Origin: Deltaproteobacteria bacterium
GTDB taxonomy: Bacteria > Desulfobacterota > Binatia > UBA12015
Length of the DNA stretch: 64,000 nt
Assembly (NCBI GenBank): GCA_046583355.1
Contig: JAYGCM010000009.1
Span: forward strand, 44,101 to 108,100
Reading direction: 5' to 3'
The notes under the pieces were generated by a model. That model saw nothing but the letters and a program-made list of their open reading frames with translations. It ran no database searches and was not told where the DNA came from. Of this stretch, positions 27,877 through 37,854 are shown one piece after another (positions within the stretch are counted from its first letter, which is position 1; every line of letters begins with the position of its first letter). The position numbers and the translations under genes are program-made.

Positions 27877-28275
27877 TCAGTCTGCCGCCGGCGTCAAGCC
27901 AGGGGTTGATGGGGGCGCAGCCGGCGATGGCGTAGCCGAGGCGGGCTTGCGGCTCTCGGCAATCGCGAGCCTCACCGCGGAGACATATTCTGCAGTAAGG
28001 CTGATCAGCGCATCGGCGTCCTGGGTCCGGGCACAACCGCTGCGGTCGAGGCGGGCAAGGCCGTTTTTCATCCGTGCGGCCACTCGCGTAAGGCAGCCGT
28101 GGTCGAGCGGCGCGGTCTGGCGCGCGGCCTGCGCGTGGCAGCGGCCCATCAATTTGGAGCCCTGCGTGACAACAGCGAGTTTGCGTTGAATGCAGCCGCC
28201 TTCCGGAATCCGGTGTGCCGCCGCCGGCATGGCGACGCAAAGGAAAGCCGCTGCCAGCAAGGCCGCACGCCTCAT
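27877..28275 (-). CDS. Secreted hypothetical protein with four mature-region cysteines
   Basis: Signal peptide ending PAAA; C..K..C.A.A..C..C pattern; Pro/Ala tail; coupled to upstream hydrolase. Confidence 0.6.
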   Translation of the reverse strand: MRRAALLAAAFLCVAMPAAAHRIPEGGCIQRKLAVVTQGSKLMGRCHAQAARQTAPLDHGCLTRVAARMKNGLARLDRSGCARTQDADALISLTAEYVSAVRLAIAESRKPASATPSPAAPPSTPGLTPAAD

Positions 28276-29033
28276 GCAGCCACTCCGAGGAAGCGACGAA
28301 TCGCCGCGGCGGTCTCGGCCGGCCGTCCCTGATGCGCACGGTGGTCGGCCCCCTCGATGCCTTCACTCGCAGCCGAACCGAGTGCACTCGCCACCGCAGA
28401 GACGGCATCGGGCCAGAGGGGATCTTCGGTGCCGGCAAGGCAAAGCGTACGCGTCGCGATCGAGGACAGCCCCGGCGTCAGGGGCTCTTCTCCCAGCCGT
28501 TGGAGAAGGCGCGCAACTTCGGTCATGCCAATCGGCTGACCTTCGACCTTCTCGCGGCTCATCGGTCCCCAGATGGCGTGCGCGAGGCCTTCGATCCCGT
28601 TCATGCGGCCTGACTTCACAACTTGATCGGCCCATTCCTGTTGCGCCGGCGTGGATGCGGTGGTCGTCCCGATCAGAACCAATTCATCGACCCTCTCCGG
28701 CGCGATCTTTGCGACCAGCAGGGCAACGATGCCGCCCAACGAGTGACCGATCAGCGTCGCCTTGGCGATCCCGAGCCCGTCGAGCGCCTTGATGACATCG
28801 CGGGCCAGATCCTCCCAGGCATACGGCGGCTCCGGCGCACTCGACCAGCCATGCGCGCGCTGCTCGAGCACGACCAGGCGACCGATGCCGGAGAGTTCCG
28901 GCAAGAGCTTCTCCCAAGTGTCGATCGTCTCGGCGAAACCATGCAAGAAAACAATCGTCCGGTCTCCTTCGCCCGAGATACGGTAGCGCAGCTGGTGGCC
29001 GCCCACGTCGATTTTTGTCGTTTCCTCCGCCAT
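28272..29033 (-). CDS. Alpha/beta fold hydrolase
   Basis: VFLHGF, RAHGWS, GHSLGG, GTED, ADH. Confidence 0.9.
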   Translation of the reverse strand: MAEETTKIDVGGHQLRYRISGEGDRTIVFLHGFAETIDTWEKLLPELSGIGRLVVLEQRAHGWSSAPEPPYAWEDLARDVIKALDGLGIAKATLIGHSLGGIVALLVAKIAPERVDELVLIGTTTASTPAQQEWADQVVKSGRMNGIEGLAHAIWGPMSREKVEGQPIGMTEVARLLQRLGEEPLTPGLSSIATRTLCLAGTEDPLWPDAVSAVASALGSAASEGIEGADHRAHQGRPAETAAAIRRFLGVAA

Positions 29034-29103
29034 CGTCACTGCCTCTCAAATCCGATCTTCGAACAATACGATCCCCATTGCTTGCCGGACCAGCCTGCAG
29101 GGT

Positions 29104-30681
29104 TCAAGCGCCGGGCCATCCGCCCGATTCGTCTTCATCGGCCGCCGCCGCACCTGGCGTTAATCCGAAGAGCATTACGGCCAAAGCCACCAGCCCGTAA
29201 CCACCGGCCAATTGCCAGGGCAACGGGTCGTCGATATTCCATGGCAGAAAAGTAGCCGCCCCGGGCAAGGGCGAATGAATCACGCCGAAGAGCGAGGCTA
29301 TGGCCGCGAGCAGCAGCACAAAGGCCGCGGCCCAGACCTTGCCATCAATCAGATGGGCCACAATGCTGCCAAAGAGCATGGCCGAGAACACGAAACCTGC
29401 CGCCAATACCTCAAGCGCCTGATAGCGAGCACCCGCATCGCCGCTGAGCGTATGGCCGTCCACGCCGGCGCTGCCGAGCATCATATTGACCAGAATCAGG
29501 ACGGTACTCGCCATCACCGGCAAGAAGCAGGCGGCCACCGCCGGTCCATACCGCCTGGGTACGGCATGGAAGGATTGCGCGCCGATCTCCAGACCGATGA
29601 AGACGAGAATCGGCACCACGACGGTATCGGGCAGCGCCGCGACCAGCCACGAAAGGTAGCCAAAGATTCCGCCCAGGCCGACGAAAAGGGCGGTGGCAAG
29701 CGTGTAGGCGGCACGGCCACCCATGCGCTTGTAGGCGGGGTGGCCGATGTACGGCGTCGTCTGAATCACGCCGCCGACCAAGCCGGCAACCAGCGTGCTC
29801 AGGCCCTCGGTCAGCAGAATCGAGCGGGTATCGTAGGTATCTCCGGAGGCCGCTGCCGACTCGGTATTGTCGATGCCGCCGATGATCGTCGCAAAGGCCA
29901 GCGGCAGCGCAAGCGGCAGGTAATCCATCGCCAGCGACATACCCGCCAAAAACCCGGTGGTCGGAATCGGCCAGGTCACGCTCAGATGCAGCGCCTCGCC
30001 AGAGGGCGCGCCGGCGGGCAGCCAGCCCAGACTGCGCACGCCGTAGGAGAGTGCCGTGGCCAAAACCACGACCGTGAGTACGGGCGATAAATTGCCCGGC
30101 AGCCGAATGGCGCGCAAAAGCACGAAGAGAAGAAGGAAGAGCGCGAAGAGACCGACCAGCGGGGACTCGTAAATATCGAGCATCGGCATGAAGGCGATCA
30201 GGCAGACCCCAATCGCGCCGATCGTTCCCAGCATGGCGGCCTGCGGGATGGCATGGCGCATCCGCGCGGCCGGCCAGGTAATCGCGATCTTGAAGAGCCC
30301 CATGCAGATCATCACGGCCATGCCGACTTGCCAGGAAAGCAGCGCATCGCCGGTACGCACGTAGACCGGGCCGAGGACGCCGAAGGTAAGACCGAAGAGC
30401 GAGACGGTGTCGATGCCCAGCGGCATGGCCGTCACGTCGTCCCGCCCCTCGCGCCGGGCCAGGCGGAACGCCAGCCAGGTGTAGATGAGGTTGCCAACCA
30501 GGACGCCTGCGGCCGTTCCGGGCAGCATACGGCCGAGAACGATCTCGGCGGGGTAGCCGAAGACGTGAATCAGCAACGAGCTGAAGACGATGAGCTGCGC
30601 GACGTTGTCGAAGGTCAGGCCGAGAAAGGCGCTGAAGTCGCCCGCCCCGGCCCAACGATATTTTTTCCCCAGCTCCGTCAT
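29104..30681 (-). CDS. NCS2/xanthine-uracil-like permease
   Basis: Multi-TM; DVTAMPLGID, NTESAAASGD.Y, TTPYIGHPAYKRMGGRAAY. Confidence 0.8.
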   Translation of the reverse strand: MTELGKKYRWAGAGDFSAFLGLTFDNVAQLIVFSSLLIHVFGYPAEIVLGRMLPGTAAGVLVGNLIYTWLAFRLARREGRDDVTAMPLGIDTVSLFGLTFGVLGPVYVRTGDALLSWQVGMAVMICMGLFKIAITWPAARMRHAIPQAAMLGTIGAIGVCLIAFMPMLDIYESPLVGLFALFLLLFVLLRAIRLPGNLSPVLTVVVLATALSYGVRSLGWLPAGAPSGEALHLSVTWPIPTTGFLAGMSLAMDYLPLALPLAFATIIGGIDNTESAAASGDTYDTRSILLTEGLSTLVAGLVGGVIQTTPYIGHPAYKRMGGRAAYTLATALFVGLGGIFGYLSWLVAALPDTVVVPILVFIGLEIGAQSFHAVPRRYGPAVAACFLPVMASTVLILVNMMLGSAGVDGHTLSGDAGARYQALEVLAAGFVFSAMLFGSIVAHLIDGKVWAAAFVLLLAAIASLFGVIHSPLPGAATFLPWNIDDPLPWQLAGGYGLVALAVMLFGLTPGAAAADEDESGGWPGA

Positions 30682-30722
30682 CGGATCCCACACACGATAC
30701 CCATCATGATACGCGTCTGGAA

Positions 30723-31613
30723 ATGGTTCGGCTCTGCGCGTTTGCGGCCTATATTCTGGTCGCTCTTTCTACCACCATCATCATTGCCGTGGCCGGCAAT
30801 CTGCACGGGCAAGGGGGTGCCTTGCGCGCGTTTACGCGCGAGAACGGAGTTGTCGAATGGGGCAGCGTCGTCGCGCTCTTTGCCGTGGCGGGCGTGGCCG
30901 GCTGGGCCTTGCTCCGCGACCGACCGAGAGGTGGTGCAAACAGCTCGGCCAGGCCATTGGGCCGCTGGCAGCGGGGTGTGCTCTGGCTGCTGCTCGGCGC
31001 CGGCCTGGTGGCCGCCGCCGAGGAAATCAGCTGGGGGCAGCAGGTCTTCGGCTTCGGCTCGGGCGATTTCTTCCGCGCGCACAACCTGCAGCGTGAGACC
31101 AACCTGCACAATCTCATGCCGGCATCGATCTCGTCTTCGATCATCAATACGACGATCTACGCCCTCTTTCTCTGGCTGCCCTGCTGGATCCGGCTGGCAC
31201 CCGGCGGCCGCTTGGACGTGTTCGCGCAGCGCCACGAGCTGCGCCCCTTCCTGCCCGGCATCCGCACCATGTTGATCTTCGCGTTTGCCTCGACGCTCCA
31301 GGCTTATTTCCTATGGGTGACTTGGACCGATACATTGGCGTTGGCCGTTACGCTCTTCCTGCTCGGTCTCGTCCTGCGCCGCACCCCGGACACGGCAAGC
31401 GAAGACCGCCTTCATTTCGCCTGCCTGGTCGCCTGCACCCTGCTCTTCGGGCTACACCATGAGGTCTTCCGCTTCGCCAATATGCAATACGAAATCCGCG
31501 AACTCCTGGTGGTCCTCGGCTGCCTGCATTGGTTGAGTGGCTGGGCTCTACCAGCCAAAGAGAGCTCCCACGCGGGGTCCGCTGAGCCCCCTAGAGACAC
31601 GGCCGAAAAGTAG
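30723..31613 (+). CDS. Conserved hypothetical membrane protein
   Basis: ENGVVEW, EEISWGQ, N.QRETNLHN motifs; multiple TMs. Confidence 0.75.
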   Translation: MVRLCAFAAYILVALSTTIIIAVAGNLHGQGGALRAFTRENGVVEWGSVVALFAVAGVAGWALLRDRPRGGANSSARPLGRWQRGVLWLLLGAGLVAAAEEISWGQQVFGFGSGDFFRAHNLQRETNLHNLMPASISSSIINTTIYALFLWLPCWIRLAPGGRLDVFAQRHELRPFLPGIRTMLIFAFASTLQAYFLWVTWTDTLALAVTLFLLGLVLRRTPDTASEDRLHFACLVACTLLFGLHHEVFRFANMQYEIRELLVVLGCLHWLSGWALPAKESSHAGSAEPPRDTAEK

Positions 31614-31646
31614 GCCTGCATCCGGGCGCCGCTTGCGGCCGTGCCT
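31595..31646. mobile_element. 52-bp MITE/REP-like copy flanked by CTAG on both sides
   Basis: CTAG|AGACACGGCC...GGCCGTGCCT|CTAG; 38/39 identity to 12451-12489. Confidence 0.65.
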
Positions 31647-33293
31647 CTAGACGCCCGGCGCCGGCAGCCAGACGCGGAAGGTCGCACCCTTGCCGGGTGC
31701 GCTCTCGACGTCGATGCGCCCGCCCAGGAGATCCACCATACGCCGCACGACGTGAAGACCCAGGCCCGTGCCGCGCAAAATCCGGCCGGCCGTACGGTCG
31801 AGCTGGCGGAAGGGCTCGAAGATGATCTTCTGGGCCGCGACGCCAATGCCGACACCAGTATCTTCTACCGCGATTTCAATGCCGTTTTTCTGTGCTGTCG
31901 CCTTCACGAAGACACCGCCTACGTCGGTGAACTTCACGGCATTCGATACTAGATTCTTGACGATCAGCCGGATTTTGTCCCCATCCGAATGAAGCACCGG
32001 AAGGTCTGTCGCGATATTCCAGGAATAGGCAAGCCCGGCCTCCTGGCGCGCCTCGCGTGTATCGAGTTCGACGTCACGCAGAACATCCGCGATACAGACC
32101 GCACTGCGGTGCACGTCGGTGATCTCGGGGTCGATGCCAGCCACCAGCGAGTCTTCCAACATCGCCGCCAATTGGCGGCCGCTGCGGTCGATCCGCCGAA
32201 TGAGTTCACGCGGCTCAGTGCGGCCGATATCACGCTCGTCCGCAAGCAGAACGGAGGTGTAACCAAGGATCACGTGCAAAGGCGTCCGCAACTCATGCGA
32301 GAGCGCCGTGACGAACTCCTCCTTGCGCCGATTCGCCCGTGCCAGCTCCTGCACCAGGCGAGTATTCTCCAACGCGAGCGAGACCAGCTGTCCGGTACCG
32401 CGCGCCAACCGGCGCTGCCGGTCGTTGAAATAAGTGCCTTTCGTACGAATACAGGCGCTATGAAAGCCGATGGTTTCGTCGCCGCTGCGCAGCGCCATGA
32501 AGAGCGTACGCTCAACGCCAAGTGTGTTGCGGACGCCATCGTTCAAGGCGGCCTCGCTTTTGGCGATCTCCACCTCGGCGATTTCATCGTGGTCGAAACC
32601 ACATAAGAGGTCACTGACCATCGCCCGCGAGGGGCGAATCGATTGCAGAAGCTGCCATTGCTCCTCGTTGTCGCCATGGCCGGCAACCAGCAGAAAGGCG
32701 TTCTCGTCAGCCGACCAGAGATAGGTATGGCTGGCGTCGCATTCGAGGATTTCGGTGGTTGCCGCACAGAGCCGATGCAGCATCACCGAGGTATCGGCCG
32801 ACCAACCCAGCTGGCTGCGGATTCGCGCCAGGCCGGCGTTCACCCAGACTTCGTCGCTCAGCAGTCCGTGTGCCTTGCGGGTTTCCGAAATATCGCGAAA
32901 GGCCAGCACGCCACCGCAGGGGACGCCACCGACCAGCTGCGGCTTCCAACAATATTCGATGATGCGCCCATCGGCGAATTCGATCGCCTGCGGCTCGGGT
33001 GGGGTCGGCGAGGCCATCAGCTGGAAGAGCCGGGTTTTTGCGTCTTCCGGATCGTTGAGCTGCTCTACCATATTCGAGCAGACCGCAATGGCCGACTCGA
33101 ACTCGAGCGCCTCGACCGGAACACCCCACATCTCACAAAACCGGCGATTGAATTGCGCGATCCCGCCCAATTCGTCGATCACGATGATCGCCTCGCTGGT
33201 CGCCTCCAGGACCGCCTCGAGCACTCCGGCAGAAGCCGGCGGCACCGGAGCAGTAGCGGTGGTGATACGAGCGGGTTCGGGAGCAGTTGCCAT
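31647..33293 (-). CDS. Cytoplasmic PAS-GAF sensor histidine kinase
   Basis: PAS FNRRFCEMWG, GAF, SHELRTPL, NLVSNAVKFT, DTGVGI, GTGLGL. Confidence 0.93.
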   Translation of the reverse strand: MATAPEPARITTATAPVPPASAGVLEAVLEATSEAIIVIDELGGIAQFNRRFCEMWGVPVEALEFESAIAVCSNMVEQLNDPEDAKTRLFQLMASPTPPEPQAIEFADGRIIEYCWKPQLVGGVPCGGVLAFRDISETRKAHGLLSDEVWVNAGLARIRSQLGWSADTSVMLHRLCAATTEILECDASHTYLWSADENAFLLVAGHGDNEEQWQLLQSIRPSRAMVSDLLCGFDHDEIAEVEIAKSEAALNDGVRNTLGVERTLFMALRSGDETIGFHSACIRTKGTYFNDRQRRLARGTGQLVSLALENTRLVQELARANRRKEEFVTALSHELRTPLHVILGYTSVLLADERDIGRTEPRELIRRIDRSGRQLAAMLEDSLVAGIDPEITDVHRSAVCIADVLRDVELDTREARQEAGLAYSWNIATDLPVLHSDGDKIRLIVKNLVSNAVKFTDVGGVFVKATAQKNGIEIAVEDTGVGIGVAAQKIIFEPFRQLDRTAGRILRGTGLGLHVVRRMVDLLGGRIDVESAPGKGATFRVWLPAPGV

Positions 33294-33479
33294 TTGCGGA
33301 CCTCGGGCGATTGGGGGAGCGATTGAATCTCTCCACAAATATCAAAGCGATTCCTATAAGGGAATCCCCTGATACAAATCCGGGAATTCCCCAGGGGCCA
33401 TGCGCCATCCGGCTAGCCAAGCTCGCGGCGGGTGGCTAACCAACGGGAGCACCGGGTGGACCGGGGAGGAGAATGATCG

Positions 33480-34241
33480 ATGAGCGAGAAGCGTTTTGAC
33501 GGAAAAGTCTGCATTGTTACCGGAGCCGGCTCCGGGCTCGGCCGCGCCACCGCAGCGGTTCTGGCTGGCGAGGGTGGTCTTGTTGCCTGTGTCGATATTT
33601 CGGCCGACGCCGCCGGCGTAACCGCAGACGAGATCCGTGCGGACGGCCATGCGGCCCGTTCCTATACAATCGATGTCTCGGATTTCGCGTCCGTCGAGTC
33701 CGGGATCGCGGCGATCGCCGCAGACCTGGGTCGCCCCGAGGTGCTGGTCAATTGCGCCGGTATCGGTCGCTTCCAGAACTCGCATGAAGTCGGCATGGAC
33801 GATTGGCAGCGCATCATCGGGGTGAACCTCACCGGCACTTTCCTGATGTGCCGACACACCCTGCCGCATATGCTCGAAGGCGGCGGCGCGATCGTGAATA
33901 TCGCCTCGAACGCCGGCCTGATGGGCCAGCCCTACTCGGCCGCTTATTGCGCATCCAAAGGTGGCGTCGTGAACCTCACCCGCGCCCTCGCCGACGACTA
34001 TCTCGAGCGCGATATCCGCGTTGCTTGTGTCGCGCCGGGCGGCATCGAGACGGCCATCCAGAAATCGTTCCAGAATACGATGCCCGAGGGTGCGAACTTC
34101 AAGAAGCTCCTCCGCATCACCTCACCGCTGGGCAATTCCCAGCCCGTCGAGATCGCGCGCTTCATCGCCTTTATCGCCTCCGAGCACGGACGCTTCATCA
34201 CCGGTACCGTCCATTCGATTGACGGCGGCCTCACCCGCTGA
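33480..34241 (+). CDS. Short-chain dehydrogenase/reductase
   Basis: TGAGSGLG, NCAG, YCASK. Confidence 0.93.
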   Translation: MSEKRFDGKVCIVTGAGSGLGRATAAVLAGEGGLVACVDISADAAGVTADEIRADGHAARSYTIDVSDFASVESGIAAIAADLGRPEVLVNCAGIGRFQNSHEVGMDDWQRIIGVNLTGTFLMCRHTLPHMLEGGGAIVNIASNAGLMGQPYSAAYCASKGGVVNLTRALADDYLERDIRVACVAPGGIETAIQKSFQNTMPEGANFKKLLRITSPLGNSQPVEIARFIAFIASEHGRFITGTVHSIDGGLTR

Positions 34242-34256
34242 CGCGGGGGGTTCCTC

Positions 34257-35099
34257 ATGTCGGATTCCACCGCCTACGTGCCGCCGAAAGTCTGGCAATG
34301 GGACGCCGCGAGCGGCGGACGTTTCGCCGACATCAATCGCCCGATTGCGGGAGCGACCCAGGACAAGGACCTGCCCGTCGGGAAGCATCCGCTACAGCTC
34401 TACTCACTCGCCACGCCCAACGGCGTGAAGGTCACGATCCTGCTCGAGGAGTTGCTCGCCCTGGGCAAAAGCGATGCCGAATACGACGCTTGGCTGGTCA
34501 ATATCTCCACGGGCGATCAATTCGGCAGCGGCTTTGTTGCGGCGAACCCCAACTCCAAAATTCCGGCGTTGGTCGACCACAGCACGACGGAGCCGACGCG
34601 CATTTTTGAGTCGGGCGCGATCCTCATCTACCTGGCCGAGAAATTCGATGCCTTCTACCCGCACGAGCCAGCGGCGCGCGCCGAATGCCTCTCGTGGCTC
34701 TTCTGGCAGATGGGAAGCACACCCTATCTGGGCGGCGGCTTCGGCCATTTCTATGCCTACGCGCCAGAGAAACTCGAGTACCCGATCAACCGCTTCGCCA
34801 TGGAAGTAAAACGCCAACTCGATGTGCTGAACCGAAACCTCAAAGAACGCGAATTTCTGATCGGCGAAGAATATACCATCGCCGATATGGCGACCGCGCC
34901 CTGGTATGGCGCCCTGGCCCTTGGCAAGCTCTACGAATCGGCCGAGTTCCTCGACGTTGCGTCGTATACCCACGTCGTGCGCTGGGCGAAGGCCGTACTC
35001 GAGCGCCCGGCGGCGCGCCGCGGCCGCAAGGTCAACCGCGCCTGGGGCCCCGAGGAGACGCAATCTCCCGAGCGCCATAGCGCCGCCGACCTGGACTAA
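34257..35099 (+). CDS. yghU: Glutathione-dependent disulfide-bond oxidoreductase (Nu-class GST)
   Basis: YVPPKVW, LPVGKHPLQLYSLATPNGVKV, NPNSKIPAL. Confidence 0.92.
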   Translation: MSDSTAYVPPKVWQWDAASGGRFADINRPIAGATQDKDLPVGKHPLQLYSLATPNGVKVTILLEELLALGKSDAEYDAWLVNISTGDQFGSGFVAANPNSKIPALVDHSTTEPTRIFESGAILIYLAEKFDAFYPHEPAARAECLSWLFWQMGSTPYLGGGFGHFYAYAPEKLEYPINRFAMEVKRQLDVLNRNLKEREFLIGEEYTIADMATAPWYGALALGKLYESAEFLDVASYTHVVRWAKAVLERPAARRGRKVNRAWGPEETQSPERHSAADLD

Positions 35100-35132
35100 G
35101 ACAATCCGATATTCGGATGAGGAGACGATGAA

Positions 35133-36017
35133 ATGCCACGAGTATTGATCACCGGTGCCAACTCCGGAATCGGGCGGGCTACGGCCGTATTCCTGGCCGC
35201 GCGCGGCTTTGAGGTCTTCGCCGCCATGCGCGATCTCGCCAAGGGCGACAAGGTACAGGCCCTCGCCGCCGAACAAGGCGCAACCATCCACCCCGTGCGG
35301 ATCGATGTCACCGACGACCAGACAATCCGCGATGCCGTGCGCCAGATCGAAACCGATCGAGGCGGCATCGATATCCTGATCAACAACGCCGGCGTCGGGA
35401 TGAATGCGGTGGTCGAGGATGTCGATATCGAAGCCGCGCAAGCCGTCTTCGATGCCAATTTCTGGGGCACCATCCGCTGCACCCAGGCCGTGCTTCCGGC
35501 CATGCGCGCGCAAGGCTCCGGGCATATCATCAACATCAGCTCGGTTGCGGGGCGCATCGCCTCGCTCGGTCAAGGTATTTATTCCGCATCGAAATGGGCG
35601 GTGGAATGCCTGAGCGAAAACCTCGCGCAGGAAACATTGAGCTTCGGCATCCGTGTCTCCATCATCGAACCCGGCGTGACGCGCACGGCCATCCTGCCCA
35701 AGAATATCGGCCACCCGACACCTACCGCCTACGCGCAGGTCTACGGACGCATGATGCAATTCTATGCCACCGGCATCATGGCGAATATCGGCCCCGAGGT
35801 CGTCGCCGAGAAAATTCATAGCGTGATCGAGAATTCCCAGGCTCCCCTGCGCAACCCTTGTGCCTGGGGTGGCGCGGAACTCTGCGAAGGCCGCGCTCGG
35901 GTAAGCGATCAGGAATGGATCGAGCTCGCGGCCCACTCCAAGGACGACGATTATTACGCGGATTTCGAACGCCTCTTCCAGCTCAGCATCGCGCCGGAAG
36001 TCGACAACGCAAAGTAG
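35133..36017 (+). CDS. Short-chain dehydrogenase/reductase
   Basis: TGANSGIG, NNAG, YSASK. Confidence 0.92.
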   Translation: MPRVLITGANSGIGRATAVFLAARGFEVFAAMRDLAKGDKVQALAAEQGATIHPVRIDVTDDQTIRDAVRQIETDRGGIDILINNAGVGMNAVVEDVDIEAAQAVFDANFWGTIRCTQAVLPAMRAQGSGHIINISSVAGRIASLGQGIYSASKWAVECLSENLAQETLSFGIRVSIIEPGVTRTAILPKNIGHPTPTAYAQVYGRMMQFYATGIMANIGPEVVAEKIHSVIENSQAPLRNPCAWGGAELCEGRARVSDQEWIELAAHSKDDDYYADFERLFQLSIAPEVDNAK

Positions 36018-36036
36018 CACTGCGTCCAAACGACCG

Positions 36037-37056
36037 ATGATGTCCGACACGAAAAACAGCGCAGAGGCGCATGCCCAGCTCGACGTCCTGCTACGTCGGA
36101 TGGGCCTGCTCGGTGCGGCGCAGAGCGCGCAATGGACAGCGCTCTCGGGCGGCATCTCGTCGGAGGTCTGGTGCGCCGAGCTCCTGCAACGCAAGGTCTG
36201 CCTGAAGCGAGCCAACGCGAAGCTGGCGGTCCCAGCCGATTGGCAGGCGCCGGTCGAACGCAGCGCGTCTGAGGTCCGCTGGCTCGAACTGGCCGGGAAA
36301 ATCCACCCCGGCTGCGTGCCCCAGGTACTCGCACAATTGCCCGACGAACATCTTCTCGTGATGGAATACCTCGAGCCCGGCAATTTCCCGGTCTGGAAGG
36401 CCGAGTTGGCCGCCGGCCATATCGACGCCGCCTTCGCCGCCATGGTGGGCGATATTCTCGGCAAGCTGCATGCGGCTACCGCAGGCGACCCGAGCGTGAG
36501 CAAGAATTTTGCTACTGACGATTTTTTTCACGCCTTGCGGATCGAGCCCTATTTCGAGACGGCAGCGCGTGCCCACCCCGATGTCGCAGGCGAGATCACC
36601 GCACTCGCCACGCGGACCGCAAATACCCACCTCGCCTTGGTCCATGGCGATATCAGCCCGAAAAATATTCTGGTTGGACCGAAGGGCCCGGTCTTCCTCG
36701 ATGCCGAGACGGCCTGGTACGGCGACCCGGCCTTCGATGTCGCTTTTTGCCTGAACCACCTGCTGCTCAAATGCCGCTTGGTACCGGGCCAGCGCGAAGC
36801 CCTGCTGCGCAGCTTCGATTCCTTCGCCCGTAGCTATGCCAAGCGGGTCGATTGGGAGTCTCGTGCGCAGCTCGAAGAACGGGCGGCCACGCTCCTGCCG
36901 GCCCTGCTGCTGGCCCGCATCGATGGAAAATCCCCGGTCGAGTACATCACGCGGCCCGAAGAGAAAGCCCTGGTCCGCGACTTCGCACGCCGCTTGCTCA
37001 CAGCCCCGCGCGCAACATTGGCCGAAGTGCGCGACGCCTGGCTGGACATCTCATAG
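36037..37056 (+). CDS. APH/methylthioribose kinase-like phosphotransferase
   Basis: LSGGISS, CLKRA, HGDISPKNIL, LDAE...GDPAFD. Confidence 0.85.
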   Translation: MMSDTKNSAEAHAQLDVLLRRMGLLGAAQSAQWTALSGGISSEVWCAELLQRKVCLKRANAKLAVPADWQAPVERSASEVRWLELAGKIHPGCVPQVLAQLPDEHLLVMEYLEPGNFPVWKAELAAGHIDAAFAAMVGDILGKLHAATAGDPSVSKNFATDDFFHALRIEPYFETAARAHPDVAGEITALATRTANTHLALVHGDISPKNILVGPKGPVFLDAETAWYGDPAFDVAFCLNHLLLKCRLVPGQREALLRSFDSFARSYAKRVDWESRAQLEERAATLLPALLLARIDGKSPVEYITRPEEKALVRDFARRLLTAPRATLAEVRDAWLDIS

Positions 37057-37071
37057 AGATCCGGCCGCGCT

Positions 37072-37833
37072 TCAGGTCGGGATATCTGCCTTCTCGCGCA
37101 GGACGATGCGGTCGAGGCGGAGATGAGACGGCGTGGTCAGGGCGTAGACAATGCCATCGACCACGTCTGCCACCGACATCATCGCGGGCATTCCGGTCCA
37201 GCGCACGATCGAGTCGATCGATGCGGCCCTTGACTGATCGAATCCCCGCGTGACGACGCCGCCGCCCTCGGTGCCTTCCGTGTTGCCGATCTGCATATCG
37301 GTGAAGCGCACGCCGCTGGCACCATACTCGCCGCGCAGCGCGCTCAGAAAATGCGCCAGAGCCGCCTTGCCGGCTGAGTAGATCGCCAGATGCGGGATCG
37401 CGAGCGCGGCCGCGGTCGATGTGAGGTGGATGATATGGCCCTGGTCGCGCTTCAGCATCCCGCCCAGAGCCGCCTGGGTGATGCGAATCGAGCCATGCAG
37501 GTTGGTCTCCAACATGGTCGTCCATTCGTCTTCCGGCTGCTCGGCAAACGGCGAGAACCACAGAACAGCGGCCGTGCTGATGAGCGCATCGAGTGGCGCA
37601 CCCGCCTCCTGGATTGCGGCAAAGAGCGCTTTCACGCTCGCGGGCGAGGTCACATCACAGGCATGCGGCACGATCGTCCCGGAGGCGTCTGCCGCACGGA
37701 CCTCGATCCGTTCGCGCCGCCGGGCCGCCGCATGCACGACCGCGCCCTCGGCCGCGAGTCGGCTCGCCAGGCCAGCGCCGATGCCGGCCGACGCACCGAC
37801 CACGAGCATCGTCTTGCCCTCGAAGATCCCCAT
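37072..37833 (-). CDS. Short-chain dehydrogenase/reductase
   Basis: GASAGIG, YSAGK. Confidence 0.88.
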   Translation of the reverse strand: MGIFEGKTMLVVGASAGIGAGLASRLAAEGAVVHAAARRRERIEVRAADASGTIVPHACDVTSPASVKALFAAIQEAGAPLDALISTAAVLWFSPFAEQPEDEWTTMLETNLHGSIRITQAALGGMLKRDQGHIIHLTSTAAALAIPHLAIYSAGKAALAHFLSALRGEYGASGVRFTDMQIGNTEGTEGGGVVTRGFDQSRAASIDSIVRWTGMPAMMSVADVVDGIVYALTTPSHLRLDRIVLREKADIPT

Positions 37834-37854
37834 CGCCGTCTTGGCCGCGCGCTT

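Noticed and set aside
29411..30691. 426-aa Arg-rich ORF on the - strand
   Set aside because: Alternative frame of the permease with off-frame composition.
34404..36503. 699-aa ORF on the - strand
   Set aside because: Antisense to yghU, an SDR and the phosphotransferase, which all have clear motifs.
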